Shown: one piece after another, positions 7,819 to 17,299 of the stretch
How positions within the stretch are numbered: position 1 is the first letter of the stretch
Layout: each line of letters opens with the position of its first letter
Assembly: GCA_003222035.1 (NCBI GenBank)
Contig: QHUS01000050.1
Location: 43,064-107,063 of the forward strand
Direction of reading: 5' to 3'
Source: Gemmatimonadota bacterium
GTDB lineage: Bacteria > Gemmatimonadota > Gemmatimonadetes > Gemmatimonadales > GWC2-71-9
DNA: 64,000 nucleotides
Notes under the pieces: generated by a model
The model's database searches: none
What the model was told of the DNA's origin: nothing
What the model saw: the letters and a program-made list of their open reading frames with translations, nothing else
Program-made: the position numbers and the translations under genes

Positions 7819-8577
7819 TCAAGGCGCGCTCTCCGCCAGCAGGGCCCGCGTCGCGGGATGCCGCGGCTGCTCGAGTACTTCGGCCGGCGGGCCCGCTTCC
7901 ACCACGCATCCCTCGGCGAGGATCGCGACGCGATCGACATGCGCGCGTGCGAACTCCACGTCATGCGTCGCCATCAGCAGCCCGCGCGCCTGTCCACCGT
8001 TCCCCGTCGCGAGGCGGCGCAAGGTACGGCCGAGGGAGCCGCGGCGCGCCGGATCGAGCGCCGCCGTCGGCTCGTCCATGAGCAGCAGCGCGGGGTCGGG
8101 CGCGAGCGCCCGCGCGATCGCGACGCGTTGCGCCTCCCCTCCCGACAGCTGGCTCGGCAGCGCGTCGGCGCGGGAGCCTACCGCGAGCGCGTCGAGCAGT
8201 CGGAGAGCGGTCTCGTGCGCTTCCTCGTGCCTCCGGTTCAGCACGTGGGTGAGCGCCAACGCGACGTTCTCGAGCGCGGTGAGGTGCGCGAACAGCGCGT
8301 GGCCCTGGAACACGAGACCCACGCGTTGCCGCAGCGGTTTGAGACGCGACTCGGGTGCCACAGGGCCGGGTTCGAGGGCAAACCCGTCCACCACGATGCG
8401 GCCGGCGTCGAATCGTTGGAGCGCCGCCACCGCTCGCAGCGCCGACGTCTTGCCGGCGCCCGAGAGCCCCATCAGCGCGACGACCTCCCCGGGCCGCACT
8501 TCCAAAGAGAGCGCCCGCAGCACCGCCCGGCCCTCGTAGCCGAGGCGCAGCTCGTGGATCTCGAGCAACGTGGTCAC
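7819..8577 (-). CDS. amino-acid ABC transporter ATP-binding protein (GlnQ-like)
   Basis: Walker A GLSGAGKTS, signature LSGGEAQRVAIARAL, Walker B LLLMDEPTAALD. The GTG start overlaps the permease stop (GTGA). Confidence 0.9.
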   Translation of the reverse strand: MTTLLEIHELRLGYEGRAVLRALSLEVRPGEVVALMGLSGAGKTSALRAVAALQRFDAGRIVVDGFALEPGPVAPESRLKPLRQRVGLVFQGHALFAHLTALENVALALTHVLNRRHEEAHETALRLLDALAVGSRADALPSQLSGGEAQRVAIARALAPDPALLLMDEPTAALDPARRGSLGRTLRRLATGNGGQARGLLMATHDVEFARAHVDRVAILAEGCVVEAGPPAEVLEQPRHPATRALLAESAP

Positions 8578-10127
8578 GCGGTGCCCCTTCCCAGGCGCCG
8601 CTCGAGACGCCGTCCCAGCCGCGCCAACGGCAGCGACATCGCGAGGTACACGACCGCGCACAGCGCACCCGGAACGATCCAGTTTCCGACGTTTGTCGCG
8701 TAGATGGCCGTCTGCTTCGTGAGCTCGACCACCGTGAGTACGGACACGAGCGAGGAGTCCTTGAGAAGGGCGACGAAGTCGTTGGTCATCGGCGCGAGTG
8801 CCAACCGCAACGCCTGCGGCCCGCGCACCAGGCGCAGAATCTGCATCTCGGAGAAACCGAGCGTGCGCGCCGCCTCGAGCTGCGATCGCGCCACCGCCTC
8901 CAACGCGCCTCGATAGATCTCGGCCTCATATGCTGCATAGTTCAGGCCGAGCCCCAGCACGGCGGCGAGAAACGCGGGCAGCCGGACGACTCCCGCCAAT
9001 CCATAGTAAATCACAAAGAGCTGGAGCAGCAGCGGCGTCCCCCGGATCACCTCCACGTAGGCCGTCGTCGCCGCGCGGAGCGGGGCCGCGCCGTACACTC
9101 GACCGGAGGCGACGACCAGTCCCAGTCCTACGGCGACCGCCATGGAAAGCACGGAGAGGAGCGCTGTGATGGCGGCCGCGCGACCCAGCGACGGGAGATA
9201 GGCCAGAACGGAACCGCGCTGTAGGGGCGCAGCATGCTGCGCCCCTGCCACGCCCTCCACGGCGATATCCGGCCCCGCGACCCGTTTGAACAGCTCCCCC
9301 TGATCGTCATCCCAAACCTGCCACCGCCGGAAGATGCGCTCGAGGGTTCCATCGCGCATCGCGGCGCGGAGCGCCACGTCGATGGAATCGCGCAGCGCCG
9401 TGTCGGCCCGCGCGAGCACGCCGACGTAGTGGCCCACGGCCACGGCGCGCGGCTCGATCACGAACGCAGAACCACCGAGCCGGCGGAGCGAGCGCAGCGC
9501 GATGATGTGGTCCAGGAGCACGGCGTCGACGCGCCCCGCGACGAGGTCCGCGTAGGGGTGCACGTCGTCGTCGTAGGAGACGGGGACCAGACCGAGCGAG
9601 TCGCGCGCGGCCACGAGGATGTCGTAGGCCAGCGTGGCGCCGAGCGTCGCGACGCGCCGGCCGCGCAGCGCGGCGAGGTCGGTCCAGCGGTCCCGATCTT
9701 CCGGTCGCACCGCCAGGACCTCGCGAAACCGGAAGTAGGGGATGGTGACCGCGTGCTTCGCGCGGCGGGTGGGAGTGTCCTCCACCCCCGAGAGACCGAT
9801 CGCGAAGTCACCGCGCTCGACGGACTGATCGATCGACGACCACTGGACCTGAACGAAGCGAGCCTGCCGGCGGAGCCCGCGGCCGATCAAATCCGCCACC
9901 TCGACGTCGAAGCCGCGGACCTGCGAGGGGTCGGCGGGGTCGGCCTCCACGAACGGGGCGCCTCCTTCGGCATCGCCGCCCCACCGAAAGTCGGGAGGGC
10001 GGGGCACTACGGGCTGCTGCGCCGCGCCGGGCAACGCGACGGCGAGGAGCGCCGCCCAGCGCAGCCCAAGCGTGGTTACATCTCCTTGTACTGCCAGGCC
10101 CCCGCGGCGGCCGCCAGCGGCACGCAC
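8574..10127 (-). CDS. fused amino-acid ABC transporter substrate-binding domain + permease (GlnP-like)
   Basis: 3' part of the 1037-aa track ORF. SBP-like region (GFDVEVADLIG..., TIPYF...) is followed by a permease with the EAA-type loop EAARTLGFSEMQILRLVRGPQA. Start assigned to GTG 10127 (n-region RAAGGRRGG, then LRWAALLAVALPGAAQ); start uncertain. Confidence 0.8.
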   Translation of the reverse strand: MRAAGGRRGGLAVQGDVTTLGLRWAALLAVALPGAAQQPVVPRPPDFRWGGDAEGGAPFVEADPADPSQVRGFDVEVADLIGRGLRRQARFVQVQWSSIDQSVERGDFAIGLSGVEDTPTRRAKHAVTIPYFRFREVLAVRPEDRDRWTDLAALRGRRVATLGATLAYDILVAARDSLGLVPVSYDDDVHPYADLVAGRVDAVLLDHIIALRSLRRLGGSAFVIEPRAVAVGHYVGVLARADTALRDSIDVALRAAMRDGTLERIFRRWQVWDDDQGELFKRVAGPDIAVEGVAGAQHAAPLQRGSVLAYLPSLGRAAAITALLSVLSMAVAVGLGLVVASGRVYGAAPLRAATTAYVEVIRGTPLLLQLFVIYYGLAGVVRLPAFLAAVLGLGLNYAAYEAEIYRGALEAVARSQLEAARTLGFSEMQILRLVRGPQALRLALAPMTNDFVALLKDSSLVSVLTVVELTKQTAIYATNVGNWIVPGALCAVVYLAMSLPLARLGRRLERRLGRGTA

Positions 10128-10498
10128 ACCAGCGACACCAGGGTGGTGACCACGTACAGCCGCTGGGGGAAGAGGCCCATCGGCGCCTCCGCCATGGCGT
10201 GGAGGAAGGCGATCACGAGCCACGTCGCGACACCGGCGTACACCGCCGTCCGCGCCCCCGCGCCGTAGCGCGGCCGGATCGCGGCGTACAGCCACACCAT
10301 GAAGATCCCGAGCAGGAAGTCGGAGATCACGAACCACTTGATGAGCGCGGCGTCCATCCGGCCTTTGCCGAGCGCCTGCATGGCGGCGTTCCATTCGGTG
10401 CCGAGCCAGACGCCGTTCACCAGGAAGTCGAGCACGTTGAGCACCAGACCCGCCAGCAGCCCACCGAGCACGACGCGACCCCAATTGATCTTGCCCAT
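10076..10498 (-). CDS. small integral membrane protein (4 predicted TM helices)
   Basis: Internal ATG (codon 45) with GAGGTGA Shine-Dalgarno. MGKINWGRVVLGGLLAGLVLNVLDFLV..., hydrophobic throughout. Confidence 0.65.
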   Translation of the reverse strand: MGKINWGRVVLGGLLAGLVLNVLDFLVNGVWLGTEWNAAMQALGKGRMDAALIKWFVISDFLLGIFMVWLYAAIRPRYGAGARTAVYAGVATWLVIAFLHAMAEAPMGLFPQRLYVVTTLVSLVCVPLAAAAGAWQYKEM

Positions 10499-10802
10499 GG
10501 TCACCTCGAGGTGAGGGGGGAGTGAGTCCACACGCCCGGCCCAGAGTACGGCGGCACGGACCGGGGGGCAAGGCCGGCGTCGGGGGCTGGACGGCGGCAT
10601 GGCGATCATACAACCTTTCGTCCAGACCATGGGGGCACGCGTGCGGCACCATCAGGCCGAACGGCGGCTCCTGCCGCCCCGCCGTGGCGGCGCGGATCGT
10701 CGGATCGGCGAGCGTCGCCTCGAGCTCGTGTCGTCGGACGAGGAGCGGCGCGATCACCGCGATCGGCGGCAGGCCGTTCGGCGCGAGCAGGTCCGTCGCC
10801 AG

Positions 10803-11699
10803 GTGCCGGCGGCGCGCCGCGACAAGGTCGTCGTGCTCGTCGTGAGCGACAGGGAAGACGAAGCACGCAAAGTGCGCGAGCTGCTCGAGGGTGCCGCCCC
10901 TGGCCAGTTCGGGGTGAGCGCCGCCGCGCCGCCGGGCGCGCTGGCGCGCCTGGCGAAGGCTCGCGTCGACGTCGTGCTGCTCGCCATGTCGCTCTCCGCC
11001 CGCCGCGGCTTCACCACGTTCTCCGAGCTGCGCACAGCGGTGCCGGGCGTTCCGTTCCTGTTTGTGTCGGGCGCCGAGGACGAGCGGCACGGGCTCGAGG
11101 CCGTGCGCGCCGGGGCGCAGGATTTCCTGGTCAAGAGCGACCTGCACGGCGAGTTCCTGGTGCGCGCCTTGCGACTCGCCATCGAGCGGAACCGGCTGCA
11201 CTCCCTGCTGCTCGACATGGTCCTGGTGGACGACCTGACGGGTCTGTACAACCGCCGGGGATTCCTGACGCTGGCGACGCGGGATCTGCGCCTGGCGCGG
11301 CGCGGCGGCGAGACGCTGCTCGTGGCCTTTGCGGACCTGGACGATCTGAAGCGCGTGAACGACACCGCCGGTCACGCGGTCGGCGACCGCGCGCTGCGGG
11401 ACGCAGCGGCGGTCTTGCGGCAGACGTTCCGCGGTTCGGACCTGGTGGCGCGGATCGGCGGCGACGAGTACGCAGTCCTGGTTCGTCACGCGGGAGTGGA
11501 GAGCGCCGAGGTGCTCGCCGAGCGCCTGAAGCGTCAAGTGCGCGACTTCAACCGCCGCGCCGCCCGGCCGTATCAGCTCTCGATCAGCCTGGGCTTCGCG
11601 TCGCACAAGGCGAACGCCCTCGGCTCCGTCGCAGGGCTGCTCGATCGCGCCGACCGCGCGTTGTACAAAGACAAGCGCCGCAAGCACGCCCAGACCTGA
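10803..11699 (+). CDS. response-regulator receiver + GGDEF diguanylate cyclase (atypical receiver)
   Basis: REC-like VVVLVVSDRED...VDVVLLAMSL...FLFVSG...DFLVKS, then GGDEF domain with I-site RGSD and active site GGDEY. Start set at GTG 10803, just before the receiver; start uncertain. Confidence 0.85.
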   Translation: MPAARRDKVVVLVVSDREDEARKVRELLEGAAPGQFGVSAAAPPGALARLAKARVDVVLLAMSLSARRGFTTFSELRTAVPGVPFLFVSGAEDERHGLEAVRAGAQDFLVKSDLHGEFLVRALRLAIERNRLHSLLLDMVLVDDLTGLYNRRGFLTLATRDLRLARRGGETLLVAFADLDDLKRVNDTAGHAVGDRALRDAAAVLRQTFRGSDLVARIGGDEYAVLVRHAGVESAEVLAERLKRQVRDFNRRAARPYQLSISLGFASHKANALGSVAGLLDRADRALYKDKRRKHAQT

Positions 11700-11717
11700 C
11701 CCCCATACGAGGTATCC

Positions 11718-12191
11718 ATGCGTCCGACCACGCTGTCGTCGCTCGTCGTCGCCCTCCTAGTGGCCCTGAGTTGCGCGCAGCCGGCGGTGGATCCCGCGGC
11801 GGAGGAGCGTACCATTCGGGAACTCGACCGGCGGTGGGTGCACACAGCCATTGACCGCGACACGGTCAAGATCGCGGCATTCTACGCGGAGGACGGCGAG
11901 TTCCTCGCGCCGAACGCACCCCGCGTCAGGGGTCGGGCAGCGATTCGCGCGGCCTGGGCCCAGCTGCTGCGGTTGCCCAACGTGGCGATCATCTTCGCCC
12001 CCGCCAAGGTGTGGGTCTCGAGCGCCGGCGACCTGGCGTACGAGACCGGCCCCTATCGTCTGACGTACGACGGACCGAAGGGGAAGCGCGTGGAGCAGCC
12101 GGGGAAGTTCGTCGTGACGTGGCGCAAGGTGGGCGGCAACTGGAAGGTACAGTACGACATCTTCAACAGCGACAAACCCCCGGCGATGTAG
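11718..12191 (+). CDS. DUF4440/SnoaL-like lipoprotein
   Basis: MRPTTLSSLVVALLVALSCAQ lipobox. NTF2-like pattern ...FVVTWRKVGGNWKVQYDIFN. Confidence 0.75.
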   Translation: MRPTTLSSLVVALLVALSCAQPAVDPAAEERTIRELDRRWVHTAIDRDTVKIAAFYAEDGEFLAPNAPRVRGRAAIRAAWAQLLRLPNVAIIFAPAKVWVSSAGDLAYETGPYRLTYDGPKGKRVEQPGKFVVTWRKVGGNWKVQYDIFNSDKPPAM

Positions 12192-12201
12192 CGGCAGCAC
12201 T

Positions 12202-12741
12202 ATGTCTGAGACGTCCCTCGCCTTCCCGAGTCCCGTCGGGGAGCTCCTGCTGACCGCATCGGATCGCGCGCTCAGGGCCGTTCATTTTCCGAACTCACCG
12301 ATGGCTCCCGTCTCGGTGACATGGTCCTCACCGGCTGTCTCCCTCCCCCTCTCCGCGGGGCGGAGCGGGGGAACGGCGGAGGAGATCCTGGAGCGGACCA
12401 GCGCGCAGCTCGCCGAGTATTTCGCGGGCACGCGTACGACGTTCGACTTGCCGCTCGACCCCCCCCCTCCGGGCACGGCCTTCGAGCGGCGCGTGTGGGA
12501 TGCACTCCGGGCGATTCCGTACGGAACGACGGTGAGCTACGGGGAGCTGGCCCGGCGCTTGGGAGACGTCCGCGCAACGCGCGCGGTCGGCGCCGCCAAC
12601 GGCAAGAATCCGATCCCGATCATCGTCCCCTGTCACCGCGTCGTGGGGTCGCGCGGGGAGCTCACGGGCTTCGGTGGCGGGCTCGAGCGTAAGCGCTGGC
12701 TGCTCGAGCACGAGGGCGCGCTCATGAGACTCGGTCGATGA
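12202..12741 (+). CDS. ogt: methylated-DNA--protein-cysteine methyltransferase
   Basis: Active-site PCHRVV, plus YGELA...GNP..I.VPCHRVVGSRGELTGFGGGLERKRWLLEHEG. Confidence 0.9.
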   Translation: MSETSLAFPSPVGELLLTASDRALRAVHFPNSPMAPVSVTWSSPAVSLPLSAGRSGGTAEEILERTSAQLAEYFAGTRTTFDLPLDPPPPGTAFERRVWDALRAIPYGTTVSYGELARRLGDVRATRAVGAANGKNPIPIIVPCHRVVGSRGELTGFGGGLERKRWLLEHEGALMRLGR

Positions 12742-13136
12742 CGCGCAAGATCCTCTCGGTGCTTTACTGGCTTGCCGCGGTCACGATCGGCCTCGGCGCC
12801 TTCGGGCACGGTCTGGGTGGTGGCCACGCACTGCGCGTGGCCCTCGCCGCCGTCACGCTCGATCCCAACATGGTCGGCGTTCTCTGGATCGTGTGGTACT
12901 TCGTTTCGGGCGTGATGCTGCTGTTCGGCGGGCTCGCGATCTGGGCGTGGTTCGCGGCGCGCCGCGGCTCGCGCGATGCCCTCGTTGTGGCGTCCGCGAT
13001 CGGAGTGTTCTATGGGATCTTCGGGATCGCAGCGCTGCTGTACGGCCGCGATCCGTTCTGGCTGCTTTTCCTGGTGCAGGGAGTCATGCTCTGGGGCTCG
13101 GCCGTCGGGCTCGGGAGGTCGCCGACGGCGGGTTGA
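12738..13136 (+). CDS. membrane protein, function unknown
   Basis: ATGA overlap with ogt. 132 aa with four hydrophobic helices (LYWLAAVTIGLGAFGHG...). Confidence 0.6.
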   Translation: MTRKILSVLYWLAAVTIGLGAFGHGLGGGHALRVALAAVTLDPNMVGVLWIVWYFVSGVMLLFGGLAIWAWFAARRGSRDALVVASAIGVFYGIFGIAALLYGRDPFWLLFLVQGVMLWGSAVGLGRSPTAG

Positions 13137-14221
13137 TGGGTTACGGACCCGATGATCGTCCTCTGGTGATGCTGGTGAGCCTTCTCGTGGTCCGCGGCGC
13201 GGGTGCGCTCGGCGTGAGCTCACACCACGCCATCGCACTTGCCCGGCGCGCAGTCCTCCTCACGCTGGGCGCGCTCTGCGTCGTCGCCGCTCTCAACGCC
13301 CAAGGTCTCGAGCTTCGCTTCCTGGACGTCGGGCAGGGGGACGCGGTGCTCGTGCGCGAAAGCGGGAAGACCGCCCTGATCGACGCCGGGCCGTCGGGCG
13401 ACGTCGTCGGCCGGCTGCGCGCGCTCGGCATCGACACGATCGATCTCGCGGTGGCGAGCCACAATCACTCGGACCACATCGGAGGGATGGCGCCGGTCCT
13501 GTCGCAGCTCGTGGTGCGCTACTACATGGACAACGGCATCGCCCACACGACGACGACGTATCGCCTGACCCTGCAGGCCGTCCAAACGAGCGGGGCGCAG
13601 TACCTGCAAGCGACCCCTCGAACGATCACGCTGGGCTCCGCCCGGCTGCGCGTTCTGCCGCCACCGTCAGGGCAGGTCGACCAGAACAACGGATCGGTCG
13701 GGATCGTGCTCGAGTACGGACAGTTCCGCGCCGTGCTCACCGGCGATTCGGAGCAGGACGAGCTGGGATACTGGCTGCAGCACGACTCGATCCCCAGCGT
13801 GACCGTGGTCAAGGTCGCACACCACGGCAGTGCGAACGGCACGACAGCCGCCTGGGTGGCCGCCACGCGACCGCACGTCGCCGTGATTTCCGTCGGCGTG
13901 GGGAACGGTTACGGCCATCCGGCCGCCCAAGTCGTCGCGCAGTGGCGGGAAGCGGGCGCGCGGGTCTATCGCACCGATCAGGACGGAACGGTGATCGTTC
14001 AGGCGAACCGGAATGGGAGCTATGTCGTCCTGAACGAGCGCGCCGGGGCGGTGGGAGCGACGACCCCGGCGCCGGCGGCTGTGCCGCGCGACTCAACGGC
14101 CGCGACTCCGCGCAGCTGCTGCCGAGTCTGCTCGAGCGGCAAGGCGTGTGGCAACTCGTGCATCAGCCGGGCGTCCCAATGCCATCAGCCTCCAGGCTGT
14201 GCCTGCGATGCGCGGCCCTGA
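13136..14221 (+). CDS. MBL-fold metallo-hydrolase (ComEC C-terminal-domain-like) with Cys-rich C-terminal tail
   Basis: TGATG overlap with the upstream gene. FLDVGQGDAVLV, HNHSDHIGG, VLTGD, VAHHGS motifs. Tail CCRVCSSGKACGNSCISRASQCHQPPGCAC. Confidence 0.85.
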   Translation: MGYGPDDRPLVMLVSLLVVRGAGALGVSSHHAIALARRAVLLTLGALCVVAALNAQGLELRFLDVGQGDAVLVRESGKTALIDAGPSGDVVGRLRALGIDTIDLAVASHNHSDHIGGMAPVLSQLVVRYYMDNGIAHTTTTYRLTLQAVQTSGAQYLQATPRTITLGSARLRVLPPPSGQVDQNNGSVGIVLEYGQFRAVLTGDSEQDELGYWLQHDSIPSVTVVKVAHHGSANGTTAAWVAATRPHVAVISVGVGNGYGHPAAQVVAQWREAGARVYRTDQDGTVIVQANRNGSYVVLNERAGAVGATTPAPAAVPRDSTAATPRSCCRVCSSGKACGNSCISRASQCHQPPGCACDARP

Positions 14222-14223
14222 AC

Positions 14224-14502
14224 ATGACTGAGCGAGAGGCCTTCTACACCGTCGATCGGATCGAGCGCGGGATCGCTGTCCTGGTGGGGGATGAGGGCGT
14301 CGGTCTCGACGTGCGCAAGGGGATCCTGCCGGTGCCGGTGCGCGAGGGCGTGGTGCTCCGCGTTCGCATCGACGCGCAGGGCTCGCCCGACTGGTCGAGC
14401 GCCACCATCGACGAAGCCGAGCGGGAGCGGCGTATCAACGAGGCGCGGGCGCGGCTCGAGCGGCTGCGTGAGACGGATCCGGGGGGCGACGTGGTGTTGT
14501 AG
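14224..14502 (+). CDS. DUF3006-like small protein
   Basis: ATG 3 nt after the MBL stop. MTEREAFYTVDRIERGIAVLVGDEGVGLDV...; the beta-barrel-like N-terminus plus helical ERERRINEARARLERL tail is typical of DUF3006 next to ComEC-like MBL genes. Confidence 0.65.
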   Translation: MTEREAFYTVDRIERGIAVLVGDEGVGLDVRKGILPVPVREGVVLRVRIDAQGSPDWSSATIDEAERERRINEARARLERLRETDPGGDVVL

Positions 14503-14511
14503 CTTTCCACT

Positions 14512-16758
14512 ATGCCCTCCGTGCGGGAGTCGCTCTCCGCCGCGCTCGCCGGTCGTTATGACATCGACCGCGAGCTGGGGCGGGGGGGAATGGCCACCGT
14601 GTACGTCGCCGAGGATCGGCGGCACTCGCGCCAGGTGGCCATCAAGGTGCTGCGCGGCGATCTCACCGCCGCGATCGGGGCCGAGCGCTTCGTGCGAGAG
14701 ATCACGATCGCCGCGCGGCTCACCCATCCGCATGTGCTGCCCCTGCTCGACTCGGGAGAAGCGGCGGGCTCCCTGTACTACGTCATGCCCTATGTGCGCG
14801 GCGAAACGCTGCGCCAGCGGCTCGAGCGGGAGGGGCCCCTTTCGGTCAAGGACGTGTTGCGGCTGGCGCGCGAAGTGGGCGCGGGACTCGACTACGCGCA
14901 CCGCGAGGGGTTCCTGCACCGGGACGTGAAGCCCGAGAACGTGCTCCTGGCCGACGGCCACGCCGTGATCGCCGACTTCGGAGTCGCGCGCGCTATCTGC
15001 CTAGAGGGACCGGCGGGCGAGCACGTCACCGAGGTGGGTCTGGCCGTCGGGACTCCGGAGTACATGAGCCCGGAGCAGGCGGCGGGCGATCGCGAGCTCG
15101 ACGCGCGCTGCGACGTGTACGGGCTCGCCTGCGTGATCTACGAGACCCTGGCGGGCCAGCCACCCTTTTCGGGGGACAGCGCCCGCGCCATCATCGCGCG
15201 TCACTTGACCGAAGAGGCACGGCCGATCCGCGCTCACCGTCCCGACGCGCCGGCTGCGGTCGAGCGCGCGCTGGCCCGCGCGCTCGCCAAGGCACCGGCC
15301 GACCGGTTCGCGAGCGTCGCGGAGTTCGTGGCCGCGCTCGAAGACACGGGGCCCGCCGTGGCGCCGGCGGGACTCATCGGCAAGACGCGGTCGATCGCCG
15401 TGCTGCCGTTCGTGAACGCCAGCATGTATCCGGACAACGAATACCTGAGCGATGGCATCACGGACGAGCTGATCAACGCGCTCACCAAGGTCGAAGGCCT
15501 GCGCGTCGCCTCGCGTACGTCGGTCTTCGCCCTCAAAGGCAAGCCTCAGGATGTTCGCGCCATCGGCGCCCTGCTCGGCGTGTCCGTCGTGCTCGAGGGC
15601 ACAGTCCGGAAGGCGGACGACCGCTTGCGCATCACCGCGCAGCTCTCGGCGGCGGACGACGGGCGCAACATCTGGTCGGAGCGGTACGATCGCAAGCTCG
15701 ACGACGTGTTCGCGTTGGAGGACGAGATCGCGCGCACGATCGTGGCCACGCTGCGCACCACCTTCCTGGCCGACATCGCGGATCCCACGCCGCAGCGCTA
15801 CACGCACAACCTCGAGGCGTACTCGCTCTACCTGAAGGGCCGATACTGCTGGAACAAGCGCACGCAGGAGGGCGTGCTCGAGGCGATCTCGTACTTCAAA
15901 CAGGCAATCGACCACGACCCCAAATACGCGCTCGCGTACTCGGGGCTCTCGGACGCCTACGCGCTTCAGGTGGATTACAGCAGCGTCCCCGTCACCGAAG
16001 GGTATCGGCTCGCGCGCGAGTACGCCCTCAAGGCGCTCGCGCTGGACGACACCGTACCCGAGGCGCACACGTCGCTGGCCTGGGTGCTGCACGTGTACGA
16101 TTGGGACTGGCCGGGGGCGATGCGCGAATACCGCCGCGCGCTCGAGCTGAACCCCGGTTTTGCCACGGCGCATCACTGGTATTCGTTCGTGCTGCTGGTG
16201 ACCGGACAGCCGGAGCAGGCGCTGACCGAAGGGCTGACGGCGCTCGAGCTCGATCCGTCGTCGATCTCGGTGCGCCGGGGCGTGGGTTGGCTGTGCTACT
16301 ACACCCGTCGCTACGACCAGGCGTTGTACCATCTCCGGCGCGCCATCGCCATGAACCCCACGTCGGAAGACACCTACCGTGTGATGGGTCTGGTGTTCCT
16401 GCAGCAGGGCGCCTATGCGGAAGCGGAACGCGCGTTCCGCGAGGCGATCACGCTCTCCCCGGACCTGTCGTACGCGACCGCGGGGGTGGCCCACGTGCTG
16501 GCGTTGAGCGGGCGCCGCAGCGAGGCGGAAGCGATCGTCGCGGAGCTCGAAGCGCGCACGCGAGAGCACTACGTGACGCCGGTGGCGCTGTGCATCGCGC
16601 ACCTGGGCTTGCGGAACATCGACCAGGTGTTTTACTGGCTCGAGCGCGCGTACCAGGACCGGCGCGGCTGGCTGACCTACACCAAGGTCGACCCGATCTT
16701 CGACTCCGTGCGGGACGACCCGCGGTACGCGACGTTCATGAACAAGATGAAGCTGTGA
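14512..16758 (+). CDS. serine/threonine protein kinase with TolB-N-like and TPR C-terminal region
   Basis: Kinase motifs GRGGMATVY, AIKVL, HRDVKPENVLL, DFG, SPEQ, followed by ~450 aa including TPR repeats. Confidence 0.9.
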   Translation: MPSVRESLSAALAGRYDIDRELGRGGMATVYVAEDRRHSRQVAIKVLRGDLTAAIGAERFVREITIAARLTHPHVLPLLDSGEAAGSLYYVMPYVRGETLRQRLEREGPLSVKDVLRLAREVGAGLDYAHREGFLHRDVKPENVLLADGHAVIADFGVARAICLEGPAGEHVTEVGLAVGTPEYMSPEQAAGDRELDARCDVYGLACVIYETLAGQPPFSGDSARAIIARHLTEEARPIRAHRPDAPAAVERALARALAKAPADRFASVAEFVAALEDTGPAVAPAGLIGKTRSIAVLPFVNASMYPDNEYLSDGITDELINALTKVEGLRVASRTSVFALKGKPQDVRAIGALLGVSVVLEGTVRKADDRLRITAQLSAADDGRNIWSERYDRKLDDVFALEDEIARTIVATLRTTFLADIADPTPQRYTHNLEAYSLYLKGRYCWNKRTQEGVLEAISYFKQAIDHDPKYALAYSGLSDAYALQVDYSSVPVTEGYRLAREYALKALALDDTVPEAHTSLAWVLHVYDWDWPGAMREYRRALELNPGFATAHHWYSFVLLVTGQPEQALTEGLTALELDPSSISVRRGVGWLCYYTRRYDQALYHLRRAIAMNPTSEDTYRVMGLVFLQQGAYAEAERAFREAITLSPDLSYATAGVAHVLALSGRRSEAEAIVAELEARTREHYVTPVALCIAHLGLRNIDQVFYWLERAYQDRRGWLTYTKVDPIFDSVRDDPRYATFMNKMKL

Positions 16759-17285
16759 CGGAGTTCTCGCTCGACGCCGGTATCGAAGTGCTCACGCGCA
16801 CGCCGACGACGCTCCGGGCCATGCTCCGTGGCCTGCCGTCTCAATGGATTGGCGCGAACGAGGGGCCCGACACGTGGAGCCCCCAGGACGTGGTCGGACA
16901 CCTCATCCATGGTGAAGAAACGGACTGGATCCCGCGCGCGAGGATCATTCTGACGAAGGGCGAGTCGCAGGCGTTTGAGCCGTTCGACCGGTTCGCGCAG
17001 GGCCGGCGGTTCGCCGGGTGGTCACTCGAGCGGCTGCTCGACCGGTTCGCCGAGCTGCGCGCGCAGGGGATCGAGACCCTCCGGGGGTGGCACCTCACAC
17101 GAGAGCAGCTGGCGCTCCGGGGCAGCCACCCCGAGCTGGGCCGGGTGACGCTGTCGCAGCTGTTGGCGTCGTGGGTCGTGCACGACCTGGGGCATATCGG
17201 CCAGATCGCGCGGGTGATGGCGAAGCAGTACACGATCGCGGTGGGGCCGTGGAAGGCCTATCTGCCGGTGCTCACGCGCTACTAA
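16755..17285 (+). CDS. DinB family protein
   Basis: GTGA overlap with the kinase stop. His triad pattern (VVGHLIHGEE..., VVHDLGHIGQI) typical of the DinB/YfiT four-helix bundle. Confidence 0.8.
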   Translation: MTEFSLDAGIEVLTRTPTTLRAMLRGLPSQWIGANEGPDTWSPQDVVGHLIHGEETDWIPRARIILTKGESQAFEPFDRFAQGRRFAGWSLERLLDRFAELRAQGIETLRGWHLTREQLALRGSHPELGRVTLSQLLASWVVHDLGHIGQIARVMAKQYTIAVGPWKAYLPVLTRY

Positions 17286-17299
17286 GAAAGGATGCCTGG

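Noticed and set aside
8574-11687. 1037-aa minus-strand ORF, the longest in the track
   Set aside because: Only its 3' third (8574-10127) has ABC SBP/permease sequence. Upstream it crosses the real 10076-10498 membrane gene in another frame and runs antisense through the REC-GGDEF gene with Arg/Pro/Gly-rich junk. It is a GC-driven open shadow frame.
15001-16602. 533-aa minus-strand ORF
   Set aside because: It is antisense to the Ser/Thr kinase gene, which has a full set of kinase motifs.
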